From assembly GCA_963710655.1 (NCBI GenBank), contig CAVQBB010000006.1:3423-67422 (forward strand): a stretch of DNA of 64,000 nucleotides, read 5' to 3'. The translations under genes and the position numbers were made by a program. Of this stretch, positions 48,560 through 57,963 are shown in pieces; position 1 is the stretch's first letter, and each line of letters starts with the position of its first letter. The stretch comes from an uncultured Actinomycetota bacterium. GTDB lineage: Bacteria > Actinomycetota > Actinomycetes > Nanopelagicales > Nanopelagicaceae. The notes under the pieces are model-generated. The model saw only the letters and a list, made by a program, of their open reading frames with translations, did not search any database and was not told the origin of the DNA.

Positions 48560-49909
48560 ATGAGTTCGACTCCCAAGACGCTTCACATTGTCTTAAATGG
48601 AGTTACCGAAGATTCTCGCGTTCTTAAATGTGCCTGGTCACTTGGAAATGCTGGCTGGGATGTCCTCGTCATTGGAGCAACTGCTCAGAATTACTCTGAC
48701 GAGTTAAGTATTGGTTATGCACGTATCCTGCGCTTGCCACTCAAGATTGTAATTACCAAGAATCAGATCCCGCGTGCCCTGCGATTTCTAATGCGCGGCG
48801 ATACTCTGGAGTGGCTCGTATTAGGAGTGTTACGTCGGTTGCGTAAGTATCGTCGCAAATTATTCGAGAAAATGAAGGTAAAAGAAGAGGTAGTAGTCCC
48901 TAACCTCAACAGATCTGTAAAAGTAATTACTCCGATCGCACTGGAATTTGCACCCGATGTAGTTCATGCGCATGATTACACAGCTCTTCCAATTGCCGGA
49001 GCTATCGTTGAGAAATTACGAGCGGCTGGCAAACCTGCTGCACTGGTATATGACGCACACGAATATGTCCCAGGGGTCGCACACCTGACCAAACCGATGG
49101 CCGCGCTCTATACCAAGATTGAGCGTCAATATTCCAAGAAATCTGCCGCGGTTCTCTCGGTCAGCGAACCGATGAACGATCTCTTATTGGATCAGTTGCA
49201 AGTGACGACGCGTCCGACGATCGTGGCTAATGATCCACTCGTGGATGGCCAAGAACCTTCAAAGAGAAATCTGCGTGAGGATATTGGGGTAGGGGCCGAC
49301 GTTCCTCTGATGGTCTATTCCGGTGCGGTTGCACCACAGCGAGGCATTCAAACCGCTTTGGCCGCACTTCCTGACCTTCCAGGAGTGCACTTGGTTCTCA
49401 TCGCCAACCCAAAGAATAAGTCGGTACAAGACTTAGTGGCCAGCGCACCTGAGCTAAGCGATCGTTTTCATGTTGTTCCTTATGTTCCAAACTCTGAATT
49501 GGTCTCCTATCTTTCAACCGCAGATATTGGATTGATTCCTATTTTGCATCGCCTCAATCATGAGATCTCACTTATCACGAAGTTTGGCGAGTATATGCAA
49601 GCACATTTGCCGATCATTGTGAGCGATGTAAAGACAATGTCAGCCGAGGTTGTGCGACTGGGCAATGGAGAGGTATTTATTGCAGAGGATGTCGCTGACT
49701 TCGTTCGAGCAGCCAAATTAGTTTTAGCTGACCCTGCGAAATATCGCGCCGCCTATACCGAAGAGGTTTTATCGGAGCGATCATGGGAACGTCAGGCCGA
49801 AATCCTGCTTACAACTTACAACACAATCGCTAAGGCGACTCCTACCGCGCGGGCTCATATGCCGTTTGTAGTTACCGAGCCAGTTGTCATAGAGAGCGTT
49901 CAGATCTAA
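48560..49909 (+). CDS. GT-B fold glycosyltransferase (GT4-like)
   Basis: 449 aa. The C-terminal half has the GT4-type pattern (...VYSGAVAPQRGI...ADIGLIPI...FGEYMQAHLPIIVSD...). Confidence 0.7.
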   Translation: MSSTPKTLHIVLNGVTEDSRVLKCAWSLGNAGWDVLVIGATAQNYSDELSIGYARILRLPLKIVITKNQIPRALRFLMRGDTLEWLVLGVLRRLRKYRRKLFEKMKVKEEVVVPNLNRSVKVITPIALEFAPDVVHAHDYTALPIAGAIVEKLRAAGKPAALVYDAHEYVPGVAHLTKPMAALYTKIERQYSKKSAAVLSVSEPMNDLLLDQLQVTTRPTIVANDPLVDGQEPSKRNLREDIGVGADVPLMVYSGAVAPQRGIQTALAALPDLPGVHLVLIANPKNKSVQDLVASAPELSDRFHVVPYVPNSELVSYLSTADIGLIPILHRLNHEISLITKFGEYMQAHLPIIVSDVKTMSAEVVRLGNGEVFIAEDVADFVRAAKLVLADPAKYRAAYTEEVLSERSWERQAEILLTTYNTIAKATPTARAHMPFVVTEPVVIESVQI

Positions 49910-49912
49910 AAG

Positions 49913-51205
49913 TTAAGCACCCGCTCCGATGACGCGGAACGCAACACCTTCAAAGTTCTTTCGATCCATCGTGCGACGTCCATCTACAACTGCCTGAACT
50001 CCAGGAAAATCTGCCTTGGTTAGCGATTTGTATTCTTTGTGATCGGCTTGAAGGATGACAGCATCGACAGCGTTTCCGATCGCATACGGTGTGAATCCAA
50101 GAGAGGTGATCTCCTCATCGGTGTACATCGGATCATTGACGACGACATTTGCACCACGCGCTTTGAGAGCGGTGACAACTCCGAATATTCCGGAGAAGGC
50201 GGACTCTTTAACTCCACCGCGGTATGAAATTCCCAGGGCGGCAACGGTCTTGCCAGCCAGATCGCCAAAATTGTCAGCCAATAACTTGACCGCATGCTCT
50301 GGCATTGCTGCGTTTGCCTCGCGGGCCGAGCGAACAACTGTGGCCTCGGGATCGTTCCAGAGATAGAAGCGAGGATAGATGGGAATGCAGTGACCGCCGA
50401 CAGCGATACCAGGTTGGTGAATGTGGCTATAAGGCTGGGAGTTGGAAGCGGCAATTACTTTAGCGATATCGATATTTGCGCCCTCGGCAAAGATCGCGAA
50501 CTGGTTAGCCAAAGCGATATTCACATCGCGATACGTTGTCTCGGCTAACTTCGCCATCTCGCTAGCCTCGGAGGTCCCTAAATTCCACACTCCATTTTTC
50601 TCAGCGAGATCAGGACGGTCATCGAAATCTAGGACCGCTTCATAGAAAGCAATTCCAGCAACGGTGCTTTCATCGTTGATACCACCGACAAGCTTTGGAT
50701 ATTTGCGTAGATCTGCAAAGACGCGGCCCGTTAATACTCGCTCTGGAGAGAAGACCAGGTGGAAATCAACGCCGGCCTTCAACCCCGATCCTTTTTCTAG
50801 GGCTGGAGCGAAGCGATTGCGGGTTGTGCCTACTGGAAGAGTGGTCTCGTATGAAACGAGTGTTCCAGGCTTAAGACCTGCAGCAATCTTCTCTGTTGCG
50901 GCATCCATCCAACCAAAATCTGGAATTCCCTCATTATTAACGAATAGTGGAACAACAATTACTACGGCATCTGATTCGCTGACAGCCGCCGTTGTATCCG
51001 TAGTGGCAACAAGATGTCCGGACGCTACAACTTCAGCGAGATATTCAGCTAGAAAGTTCTCGCCAGGAAATGGCTCGACCCCAGCGTTGATGAGATCTAC
51101 AGTCTTCTGATTAACATCGCAGCCAATAACGTGATGTCCTTTTTTAGCGAACTGCACCGCAAGCGGTAAACCAATCTTTCCAAGTGCAACGACGGCGATC
51201 TTCAT
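49913..51205 (-). CDS. Nucleotide-sugar 6-dehydrogenase (WbpA / UDP-GlcNAc 6-dehydrogenase-like)
   Basis: N-terminal Rossmann motif MKIAVVALGKIGLPLA and a catalytic Cys context (GGHCIP). Its neighbours are WbpB/E/D-like genes. Confidence 0.75.
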   Translation of the reverse strand: MKIAVVALGKIGLPLAVQFAKKGHHVIGCDVNQKTVDLINAGVEPFPGENFLAEYLAEVVASGHLVATTDTTAAVSESDAVVIVVPLFVNNEGIPDFGWMDAATEKIAAGLKPGTLVSYETTLPVGTTRNRFAPALEKGSGLKAGVDFHLVFSPERVLTGRVFADLRKYPKLVGGINDESTVAGIAFYEAVLDFDDRPDLAEKNGVWNLGTSEASEMAKLAETTYRDVNIALANQFAIFAEGANIDIAKVIAASNSQPYSHIHQPGIAVGGHCIPIYPRFYLWNDPEATVVRSAREANAAMPEHAVKLLADNFGDLAGKTVAALGISYRGGVKESAFSGIFGVVTALKARGANVVVNDPMYTDEEITSLGFTPYAIGNAVDAVILQADHKEYKSLTKADFPGVQAVVDGRRTMDRKNFEGVAFRVIGAGA

Positions 51206-51209
51206 ACTT

Positions 51210-52223
51210 TTAGCGACCTTTCGAAACTGTGATAACCGAACGAGTATTGGCGCTCTCGATCATTGCGCTTGCTACACGAACCGTAGCTAGACCTTGCTCC
51301 ATGGTGACGATGCGCTCTGATGCGCCTGGTAATCCAAGTACTGCATCTCGGAACGCCTCGTGCTCCATCTTGAGTGGTTCAGGCTTAGCAAAGGCATAGC
51401 GAATGACATCGCCCTCACTTACACCGCGGAAGGATGCAACGGCATCCCATTGGGTATCCACTGAGGCATTTGCATAGAAGGTTAGGTCGGCAGTCAAGGT
51501 ATCTGCCACGAAGGTTCCGCGCTCTCCGGTCACAATCGTAAGACGCTCTTTAAAGGGGGTTAACCAATTAACTAAGTGGTTGGTGATGATGCCGTTTTCA
51601 AGTTCACCGACCGCCGCAACCATATCTTCATGTGGGCGACCAGATTTAAGGGCGGTCTTTGCCGAAACATTTACAAATGGTGAGCGAGCAACCCAGGCAG
51701 TGAGATCAATATCGTGCGTTGCTAGGTCTTTAATAACGCCAACATCTGCAATACGTGCAGGGAAAGGTCCTTGGCGGCGTGTAGCAATTTGATAAACGCT
51801 TCCCAACTCACCGGCATCAAGTTTGGCGCGCAACTGTTGAAGGGCTGGGTTGTAGCGCTCGATGTGTCCGACAGCTCCAACTAATCCCTTAGCAGAGAAT
51901 GCATCAGTAATACGTTGTGCTGATTCATTATCAACGGCGAGTGGCTTTTCGATCAGTGCATGAACTCCAGCCTCAGCCAGTGCCAGCGCTAGATCTTCGT
52001 GAAAAGCCGTTGGGGCAGCAACCATTGCATAATCAATGCCGAGCGCAATCAACTCTTCAACTTGAGCTACAAGTGGACGAGAACCAGCAACTCCGTGTGG
52101 ATCTCCCATGGGGTCACATACTCCGACGAGTTCTACTCCGTCGAGTGATCCAAGTACTCGGGCATGGTGACGACCCATCATGCCCAGGCCGACTAGCCCG
52201 GCACGTAATTTCTTCTCAGCCAT
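51210..52223 (-). CDS. Gfo/Idh/MocA-family oxidoreductase (WbpB-like 3-dehydrogenase)
   Basis: N-terminal LRAGLVGLGMMGRHHA Rossmann motif and EKP motif (LIEKPLA). Confidence 0.7.
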   Translation of the reverse strand: MAEKKLRAGLVGLGMMGRHHARVLGSLDGVELVGVCDPMGDPHGVAGSRPLVAQVEELIALGIDYAMVAAPTAFHEDLALALAEAGVHALIEKPLAVDNESAQRITDAFSAKGLVGAVGHIERYNPALQQLRAKLDAGELGSVYQIATRRQGPFPARIADVGVIKDLATHDIDLTAWVARSPFVNVSAKTALKSGRPHEDMVAAVGELENGIITNHLVNWLTPFKERLTIVTGERGTFVADTLTADLTFYANASVDTQWDAVASFRGVSEGDVIRYAFAKPEPLKMEHEAFRDAVLGLPGASERIVTMEQGLATVRVASAMIESANTRSVITVSKGR

Positions 52224-52236
52224 GGGATCTACTCGC

Positions 52237-53319
52237 TTAGATTCGGGTTACAACGTCATTAACGACGCTAACAATTTGTTCGAGCTCGGATTGAGTTAAT
52301 GATGGGTGAACTGGGATTGAGATAACTTCCTTGACCAACTCTTCGGTGACAGGAAGATCATGAACCGAGTTGAAAGATGGAAGGCGATGAATTGGGGTTG
52401 GGTAGTAAACATCGCAACCAACTCCGCCAGCCTTGATAAGTTCGATTGCCTTATCGCGAGCCTCGCTGGTAGCACCGGCTAAACGGATTGTGTACTGGTG
52501 GTAGGAGTGCTCACTCCCTGGGCGAACATATGGCGTAACAACTCCCTTGAGGTTTGCATCAAGGTAGGCGGCGTTCTGGCGACGAGTCGCTGTCCACACC
52601 TCCACCTTTGTTACCTGTACACGTCCGATAGCAGCATGGATATCGGTCATTCGGTTGTTGAAGCCAACAATTTCGTTCTGGTAGCGAATAACTCCACCTT
52701 GGTTGCGCAACATTCGGCACTGATGTTCTACATCAGCATCGTTGGTAACGATCATTCCACCTTCACCCGAGGTCATATTTTTAGTTGGATAGAAGGAGAA
52801 TGAGGCAACGATTCCCCATTCACCAGCCATGCGACCATTAAGAGATGCAAGGTGTGCTTGCGCTGCATCTTCAAAGATAGCTAGGCCGTGCTTTTGACCG
52901 ATTGCTTCGAAGCGATCCATATCTGCAATATGTCCATAAAGGTGTACCGGCATGATTGCCTTGGTGCGTGGAGTAATAAGTGATTCGACATGATCAGGAT
53001 CGAGATTGAAGGTCTTGGGATCGATATCGCCAAATACTGGGACAGCACCTGCGAGTGCCACGGAGTTAGCGGTTGCTGCGAAGGAGAATGAAGGGACGAT
53101 GACCTCATCACCTGGCTTGATTCCTGCAGCCAAGAAACCTAGATGAAGCGCTGAAGTACCTGAGTTAACGGCGATGCAACGTCGGCCACCGACAAAGCGA
53201 GCGAACTCCTCTTCAAAGGCCTTTACCTCTGGACCTTGCGCCATCATTCCACTGCGTAGTACGCGATCGACCGCTGCGCGCTCTTCGTCTCCGATGATTG
53301 GACGGGCTGCTGGAATCAA
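52237..53319 (-). CDS. DegT/DnrJ/EryC1-family sugar aminotransferase (WbpE-like)
   Basis: (M)IPAARPIIGDEERAAVDRVLRSGMMAQGPEVKAFE... and the PLP-lysine region FSFYPTKNMTSGEGG. TTG start behind GGAGAAGAGAG. Confidence 0.8.
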   Translation of the reverse strand: MIPAARPIIGDEERAAVDRVLRSGMMAQGPEVKAFEEEFARFVGGRRCIAVNSGTSALHLGFLAAGIKPGDEVIVPSFSFAATANSVALAGAVPVFGDIDPKTFNLDPDHVESLITPRTKAIMPVHLYGHIADMDRFEAIGQKHGLAIFEDAAQAHLASLNGRMAGEWGIVASFSFYPTKNMTSGEGGMIVTNDADVEHQCRMLRNQGGVIRYQNEIVGFNNRMTDIHAAIGRVQVTKVEVWTATRRQNAAYLDANLKGVVTPYVRPGSEHSYHQYTIRLAGATSEARDKAIELIKAGGVGCDVYYPTPIHRLPSFNSVHDLPVTEELVKEVISIPVHPSLTQSELEQIVSVVNDVVTRI

Positions 53320-53468
53320 TTGACTCTCTTCTCCACTAGTTACTTAACCTGTCGGTACTTATTACTTCTCTTCTGCCTTGTTACTTCTATTCAGTTCTGC
53401 ACTCAAACTTTTCTTTTTTCTTTTCTCTTTGTCCAGCTTTTCTTTCCCTGAACTTATTTATCCTTATC

Positions 53469-54062
53469 TCACTCAGCTACGAGTTCGTTCTCTGAGATCT
53501 CGCGATAAAAACTTTGATCCTGAGGGCATTGGAATCGGCCTCCACCAAGGTCTGTGAGGGGAATTCCAGCCTTGCCTACCCAGCGAATACGCTTCGCTGG
53601 AACACCAGCCACCAGCGCATAGTCCGGCACATCTTTTGTCACGACTGCACCGGCCGCTACCAGGGCCCATTTACCAATGGTGACTGGAGCGATGCAGACA
53701 GCTCGTGCACCGATGCTCGCGCCATCATGGATCGTTACTCCGACAGCATCCCAGTCGCTACCGCTCTTGAGAGAGAGATCGGTATTGACCGCTCTAGGGA
53801 ATTGGTCGTTGGTCAAAACTGCAGCGGGACCGATAAAGACTCCATCGCCAAGTTGGGCAGGTTCATAGACCAGCGCATAATTTTGGACTTTGCAGTTGTT
53901 GCCGAGGGTCACACCGCTTCCGATGTAGGCACCACGGCCAATAATGCAGTTGGAGCCAAGGACAACTCCGTCGCGTATTTGGGCTAGATGCCAGATCGAA
54001 CTGCCATCCCCAAGAGTTGCAGAAGCATCCACATCCGCACTTGGAAGGATCCTTACAGCCAT
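53469..54062 (-). CDS. Left-handed beta-helix N-acetyltransferase (WbpD/WlbB-like)
   Basis: Hexapeptide repeats with the WlbB-type pattern ...IWHLAQIRDGVVLGSNCIIGRGAYIG...KVQNYALVYEPAQLGDGVFIGPAAVLTNDQFPRA. Confidence 0.8.
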   Translation of the reverse strand: MAVRILPSADVDASATLGDGSSIWHLAQIRDGVVLGSNCIIGRGAYIGSGVTLGNNCKVQNYALVYEPAQLGDGVFIGPAAVLTNDQFPRAVNTDLSLKSGSDWDAVGVTIHDGASIGARAVCIAPVTIGKWALVAAGAVVTKDVPDYALVAGVPAKRIRWVGKAGIPLTDLGGGRFQCPQDQSFYREISENELVAE

Positions 54063-54072
54063 AAATGGAAGT

Positions 54073-55194
54073 CTAGCGGGTCAACTTCGCCATCTCGGCG
54101 GCAAAAATCGCGTATTCCCGCTCACTATCGAGGTTCTCGGAGGCCCATTTTGCGCCTTGATTTCGTAACCTATCCAATTCCTCGGGGTTCACTTGCCAGC
54201 TCTTGAGCCGCTGTGCCACCCCTTCGGGTGTCGACTCGATTGCTCCGGAATTACTAGCCGATATGAGTTCTACACAGCGGGGAAGCGGAGTAGAGATAGT
54301 TGCTAATCCGACCGCCATGTATTCGTAGAGTTTGGAGGGAACGGCCTCGATAAAGGCCGGGGTGCTTTCTAAGAGCGAGAGTCCGACCCAGGCACCAGCA
54401 GCAAACTTCCAAGATTCCTGTGGTGCCAACCTTCCGTGAAATCGCACACGAGTTTGGTTTGGATCATGAGATCGCAACCATTGATCAACGAGCTCTTGAT
54501 CGCTACTTGCAACACCACCAACAAAATCAAAATCCCAATCCGTTGCTAACTCTGCAACGCGCAGCATGTGGTGCAAGCCGCGACTTTTGCGTAAATCTCC
54601 GATGTAAATTGCTTTAGGAGTTGAACTGCGCTCGCCACTCGACGTGAGGAGAGAGGCATCTGGAAGGTTGCGAACAACCAATCGATTTCTGGCATCGAAT
54701 GGTGGGACCTGAACATCTGCAACCGTGGTGAGATCTGCGCGTCTGGCAAACCATAGCGCCGATTTCGTATCGCTCTTTGCGATCCAACCAACAATGCCGA
54801 AATAACTCTTGGTCCAGGCTCGATCATTGAGCAGACGCAGATAATCCTCGAAGAAGTCAACTGCCAATTTTCTTCGTATCAACTTTGCAATGGCAAAACT
54901 TGGGGCGATCGCCTCGGGAGATATTGCGTAGATGACTCGACCCTTTGAGCGAAAGACAAAATATCGAGATCGAAAGTAACGAGGTCCAAGTGAACTTGCC
55001 TTCCAATGCGCTCTAAAGAAAGGCCTACGAATAAATAATTTGGAATCTGGTGAAGGTGCATCTTTGATTTCGCCAGGAGCAAATATTTCAACGCTCAATC
55101 CAGCGCGAAGTAATGCGCGCGTTAAGCGATGCAATCGGGCATCAGCAAGACTTGCTCCCGAAGATATGATCGAGATATCGATTTTCTGCGACAT
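54073..55194 (-). CDS. Glycosyltransferase (GT-B fold, GT4-like)
   Basis: The C-terminal pattern ...VGLSLLESTPAFIEAVPSKLYEYMAVGLATIST... is typical of GT4/GT1 enzymes. It lies within the glycan operon. Confidence 0.6.
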   Translation of the reverse strand: MSQKIDISIISSGASLADARLHRLTRALLRAGLSVEIFAPGEIKDAPSPDSKLFIRRPFFRAHWKASSLGPRYFRSRYFVFRSKGRVIYAISPEAIAPSFAIAKLIRRKLAVDFFEDYLRLLNDRAWTKSYFGIVGWIAKSDTKSALWFARRADLTTVADVQVPPFDARNRLVVRNLPDASLLTSSGERSSTPKAIYIGDLRKSRGLHHMLRVAELATDWDFDFVGGVASSDQELVDQWLRSHDPNQTRVRFHGRLAPQESWKFAAGAWVGLSLLESTPAFIEAVPSKLYEYMAVGLATISTPLPRCVELISASNSGAIESTPEGVAQRLKSWQVNPEELDRLRNQGAKWASENLDSEREYAIFAAEMAKLTR

Positions 55195-55206
55195 CTGATC
55201 AGCTAC

Positions 55207-56016
55207 TTACATATCTTCGTAGTTGGAAGGCAGCGATCCCACATTTAAGAATTTGAGGTAGTCATCGACAATCTCGTCAGGCTTGCCCTTTGCGAGCATC
55301 TGACCCTTATGCATCCAGATCGCGGTATCGCAGAGATCTGTAACGGTGGCAAGGGCATGTGAGACGATCAGAATTGTGCGAGCCTCGGCGCAAAGTTGAC
55401 GCATTCGCTCAAATGATTTCTCTTTAAAAGCTGCATCTCCAGCAGATAAGGCCTCATCGAGCAACAAGATATCCGGAGTCATACTTACAGCAACGGCAAA
55501 GGAGAGACGACCGTACATACCGCTCGAGTATGTGCGAACTGGAAGGTCGATAAAACCATCTGGCAAGGCAGCAAAATCCGCGATCTCATCCGTCTTGTTG
55601 CTGATCTCATCCATGTTGAGTCCTGATGCCAAGCCACCCAAGATGATGTTGTCGCGTCCAGAGAGGGCAGGGTTAAAACCAACGCCGAGAGCGAGCAGGG
55701 TTGAGATCTTGCCGTTGACAACCACTCTGCCGTCGCTAGGTGAAAGAATTCCCGCGATGCAGCGCATGAGAGTTGATTTACCAGCGCCATTCGAGCCCAC
55801 AATTCCCAGCACTGAACCATGAGGCACATCGAGCGTCATATGTTTGATCGCTTCAATTGTGCGGGTGCGTTGCTTCTGTTTCATGCTGGCGCGCATTACC
55901 GCATTCTTGAGGGTGCGCTTAGCTTCAAGACTTACCTTGTAAGTAATGGAGAGGTCCTCGATGCGAATAGCCAGATCTTCTGGCATATCGAGTGGAGATT
56001 TAGATACGGATGGCAA
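55207..56016 (-). CDS. Polysaccharide/teichoic-acid-type ABC exporter ATP-binding protein (Wzt/TagH-like)
   Basis: Walker A GSNGAGKST, signature YSSGMYGRL, Walker B ILLLDEAL. Confidence 0.85.
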   Translation of the reverse strand: MPSVSKSPLDMPEDLAIRIEDLSITYKVSLEAKRTLKNAVMRASMKQKQRTRTIEAIKHMTLDVPHGSVLGIVGSNGAGKSTLMRCIAGILSPSDGRVVVNGKISTLLALGVGFNPALSGRDNIILGGLASGLNMDEISNKTDEIADFAALPDGFIDLPVRTYSSGMYGRLSFAVAVSMTPDILLLDEALSAGDAAFKEKSFERMRQLCAEARTILIVSHALATVTDLCDTAIWMHKGQMLAKGKPDEIVDDYLKFLNVGSLPSNYEDM

Positions 56017-56878
56017 AATCGCGCTCCCTTGAGATGAAGAAGTATCCGCCGATCAAGATCGACGCGCCTGCCCAAAATACGCAGCCGACTAAAGTTTCTT
56101 TGTTGAGAGTTTCTCCACTTACCCAAACTCTTGAGGTCGCATTTAAGACCGGACCGAGTGGATTTACCCAGAGAAGAATTTTCATATGTCCGCGCAGGCT
56201 GTTTGGAAGCCAGAGGACGGGGGAGAGGTACATCCAAATTCTGGTGATATACGTTAAGAGTTTATTGGTGTCACGGAAATACACATTGAGGGTTGCAAAT
56301 ACCAGCGCCAAACCAAATCCCGTCAATCCAGTGCAGATCAGAATGAATGGAATCCAGAGGAAGTGCCAGGTCCATCCTGGGACGATCGTTGTGGGGTAAG
56401 CCCACTTACCAGCAACCAGAATGAAGATGTAGACCGGAATTGTTGGAAGAAATTGTTGGAATGCCTGAATAGCGCATGAAAATGGAAGGAGCGCGCGAGG
56501 GAAGGCTTGATTGAGAATCAATCGCCCACCCATCGTGATTGAGAGCGCGCCAGCTGTGACACAGTTCTGAGCGAAGTAGAAGGTAAAGAGCCCAATCAAG
56601 AGATGATCAAGACGGGTGAGGCCAGGAAGCGTGCCGCCGGGGCGAATGATGGTGACCACGAGGTAGTACACAAAGCCCAAAAGCAGTGGATTGAGCACGA
56701 GCCAAACTTTTCCGAGCCGTGAATCTAGGTATTCCGCCTTGTCATTGAACTTTGCCAACTCCGTGGCAAAGGCACGCCGTGTCCAAAACTCCTTGATGTA
56801 AGGGATGAGAGGTGGCAGAGAGGCACGGTGTGGCTCGAAAACCTGGATCTTGGGGACGAAATTTTCGTTCACGGGCAT
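56000..56878 (-). CDS. ABC-2 type polysaccharide exporter permease (Wzm/TagG-like)
   Basis: Six-TM ABC-2 pattern. It overlaps the downstream ATPase gene by 17 nt. Confidence 0.8.
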   Translation of the reverse strand: MPVNENFVPKIQVFEPHRASLPPLIPYIKEFWTRRAFATELAKFNDKAEYLDSRLGKVWLVLNPLLLGFVYYLVVTIIRPGGTLPGLTRLDHLLIGLFTFYFAQNCVTAGALSITMGGRLILNQAFPRALLPFSCAIQAFQQFLPTIPVYIFILVAGKWAYPTTIVPGWTWHFLWIPFILICTGLTGFGLALVFATLNVYFRDTNKLLTYITRIWMYLSPVLWLPNSLRGHMKILLWVNPLGPVLNATSRVWVSGETLNKETLVGCVFWAGASILIGGYFFISRERDFAIRI

Positions 56879-57072
56879 AGGGGTAAGTGTGCCATCCCAA
56901 GGGGCTCTCTATGCACAGGCCCAAGTGTGAGCCTGAACGCGCCCCAGCCCCAGCCTGCAGAATCCCCACATTCGGGCGGCTATCAACCGCCTCTCAGCAT
57001 GACCTTCTCGAAGGCCATCGCTAGGACGATGTGTAAGAACCACGAATCTAACTATGAATCTAAATATGAAAG

Positions 57073-57963
57073 GTGAAAATCCAGATGGATCAATTCCAGA
57101 AGAAGGCGGCCCTTACCGGGGTCGGTAAGAGTTGGCTCGCGAGAACCCTTGCGGTAGCCGTTATCGGGGCGATCGGCTTACCAGCCATTGTTCAAAGCAG
57201 CGCCGCCACAGCCGCTGTAGCCGCCACTGCCGCCAAGTCGCGCGTGGTGCGCCAGAGCGCACCAGTTAAGAAAGCGTTAGCAAAGAAGGCACCAGTCAAA
57301 AAGGCACCAGTCAAAAAGGCTCCGGTCAAGAAGGCACCAGTCAAGAAGGCACCAGTCAAGAAGGCACCAGTCAAGAAGGCACCAGTCAAGAAGGCACCAG
57401 TCAAGAAGGCACCGGTCAAGAAGGCACCGGTCAAGAAAGCCGCGTCTCGTACAGCCACCGTTAAGAAGAGTTCTACCGGTGCTAAAACAGTGAAGAAAAT
57501 TGCCGGTCGCTCAACAGGTGTTAAAAAGAGTGTCGGAGCAAAATCGTCTAGGTCGATTCATAAAGTTGCGAAGTTGGGTGCACAGAGCGCCGCAGTGGCA
57601 GCAGGGACAGCAGCAGGGGTTGCCGTCTCCAAGAATCTCTCCCATAAGTTGGCCAACGAGAAGGCGGCAACTGGATCTGACACTAAAGCAACAGATACGA
57701 CAACAGCCGCAGGTGCAACCAACTCTTCGACAACAACAACCACACCGGAGACAAAATCCCAGAGCGATTCTGCGAAGTCCGCAGAGAGTTCAGTGGGTTC
57801 AGAGGCGGTTAAGGCCGATGCAGCAGGAGCTGCAAAGGTGAGCAATGGCGCTTCAAAGAGTACAAAATCTAGCAAGGCTCCCAAGGCTAATAAGCCCACG
57901 AAGGGAACTTCGGCTAAGCCGATGAAGAAACTTCGTATGCGTCGCCTGCATGTAGAACCTTAA
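57073..57963 (+). CDS. Membrane-anchored, very basic low-complexity protein with 10 tandem KKAPV repeats
   Basis: N-terminal hydrophobic helix (WLARTLAVAVIGAIGLPAIV), (KKAPV)x10, then a Lys/Ser/Thr/Ala-rich tail. The start is GTG 57073 or ATG 57085. Confidence 0.65.
   Translation: MKIQMDQFQKKAALTGVGKSWLARTLAVAVIGAIGLPAIVQSSAATAAVAATAAKSRVVRQSAPVKKALAKKAPVKKAPVKKAPVKKAPVKKAPVKKAPVKKAPVKKAPVKKAPVKKAPVKKAASRTATVKKSSTGAKTVKKIAGRSTGVKKSVGAKSSRSIHKVAKLGAQSAAVAAGTAAGVAVSKNLSHKLANEKAATGSDTKATDTTTAAGATNSSTTTTTPETKSQSDSAKSAESSVGSEAVKADAAGAAKVSNGASKSTKSSKAPKANKPTKGTSAKPMKKLRMRRLHVEP
57283..57432 (+). repeat. 15-bp tandem repeat x10 (AAGAAGGCACCAGTC and synonymous variants) encoding KKAPV
   Basis: Units were counted directly. 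Units 4-8 are identical. Units 2, 3, 9 and 10 differ only at synonymous positions. Degenerate copies flank the array. Confidence 0.9.

Noticed and set aside
57192-57458. 88-aa ORF reading (FLTGA)n on the minus strand
   Set aside because: It is the mirror image of the KKAPV 15-bp repeat. The plus-strand ORF has an N-terminal TM helix and continues for 296 aa, so the antisense frame is open only because of the repeat.
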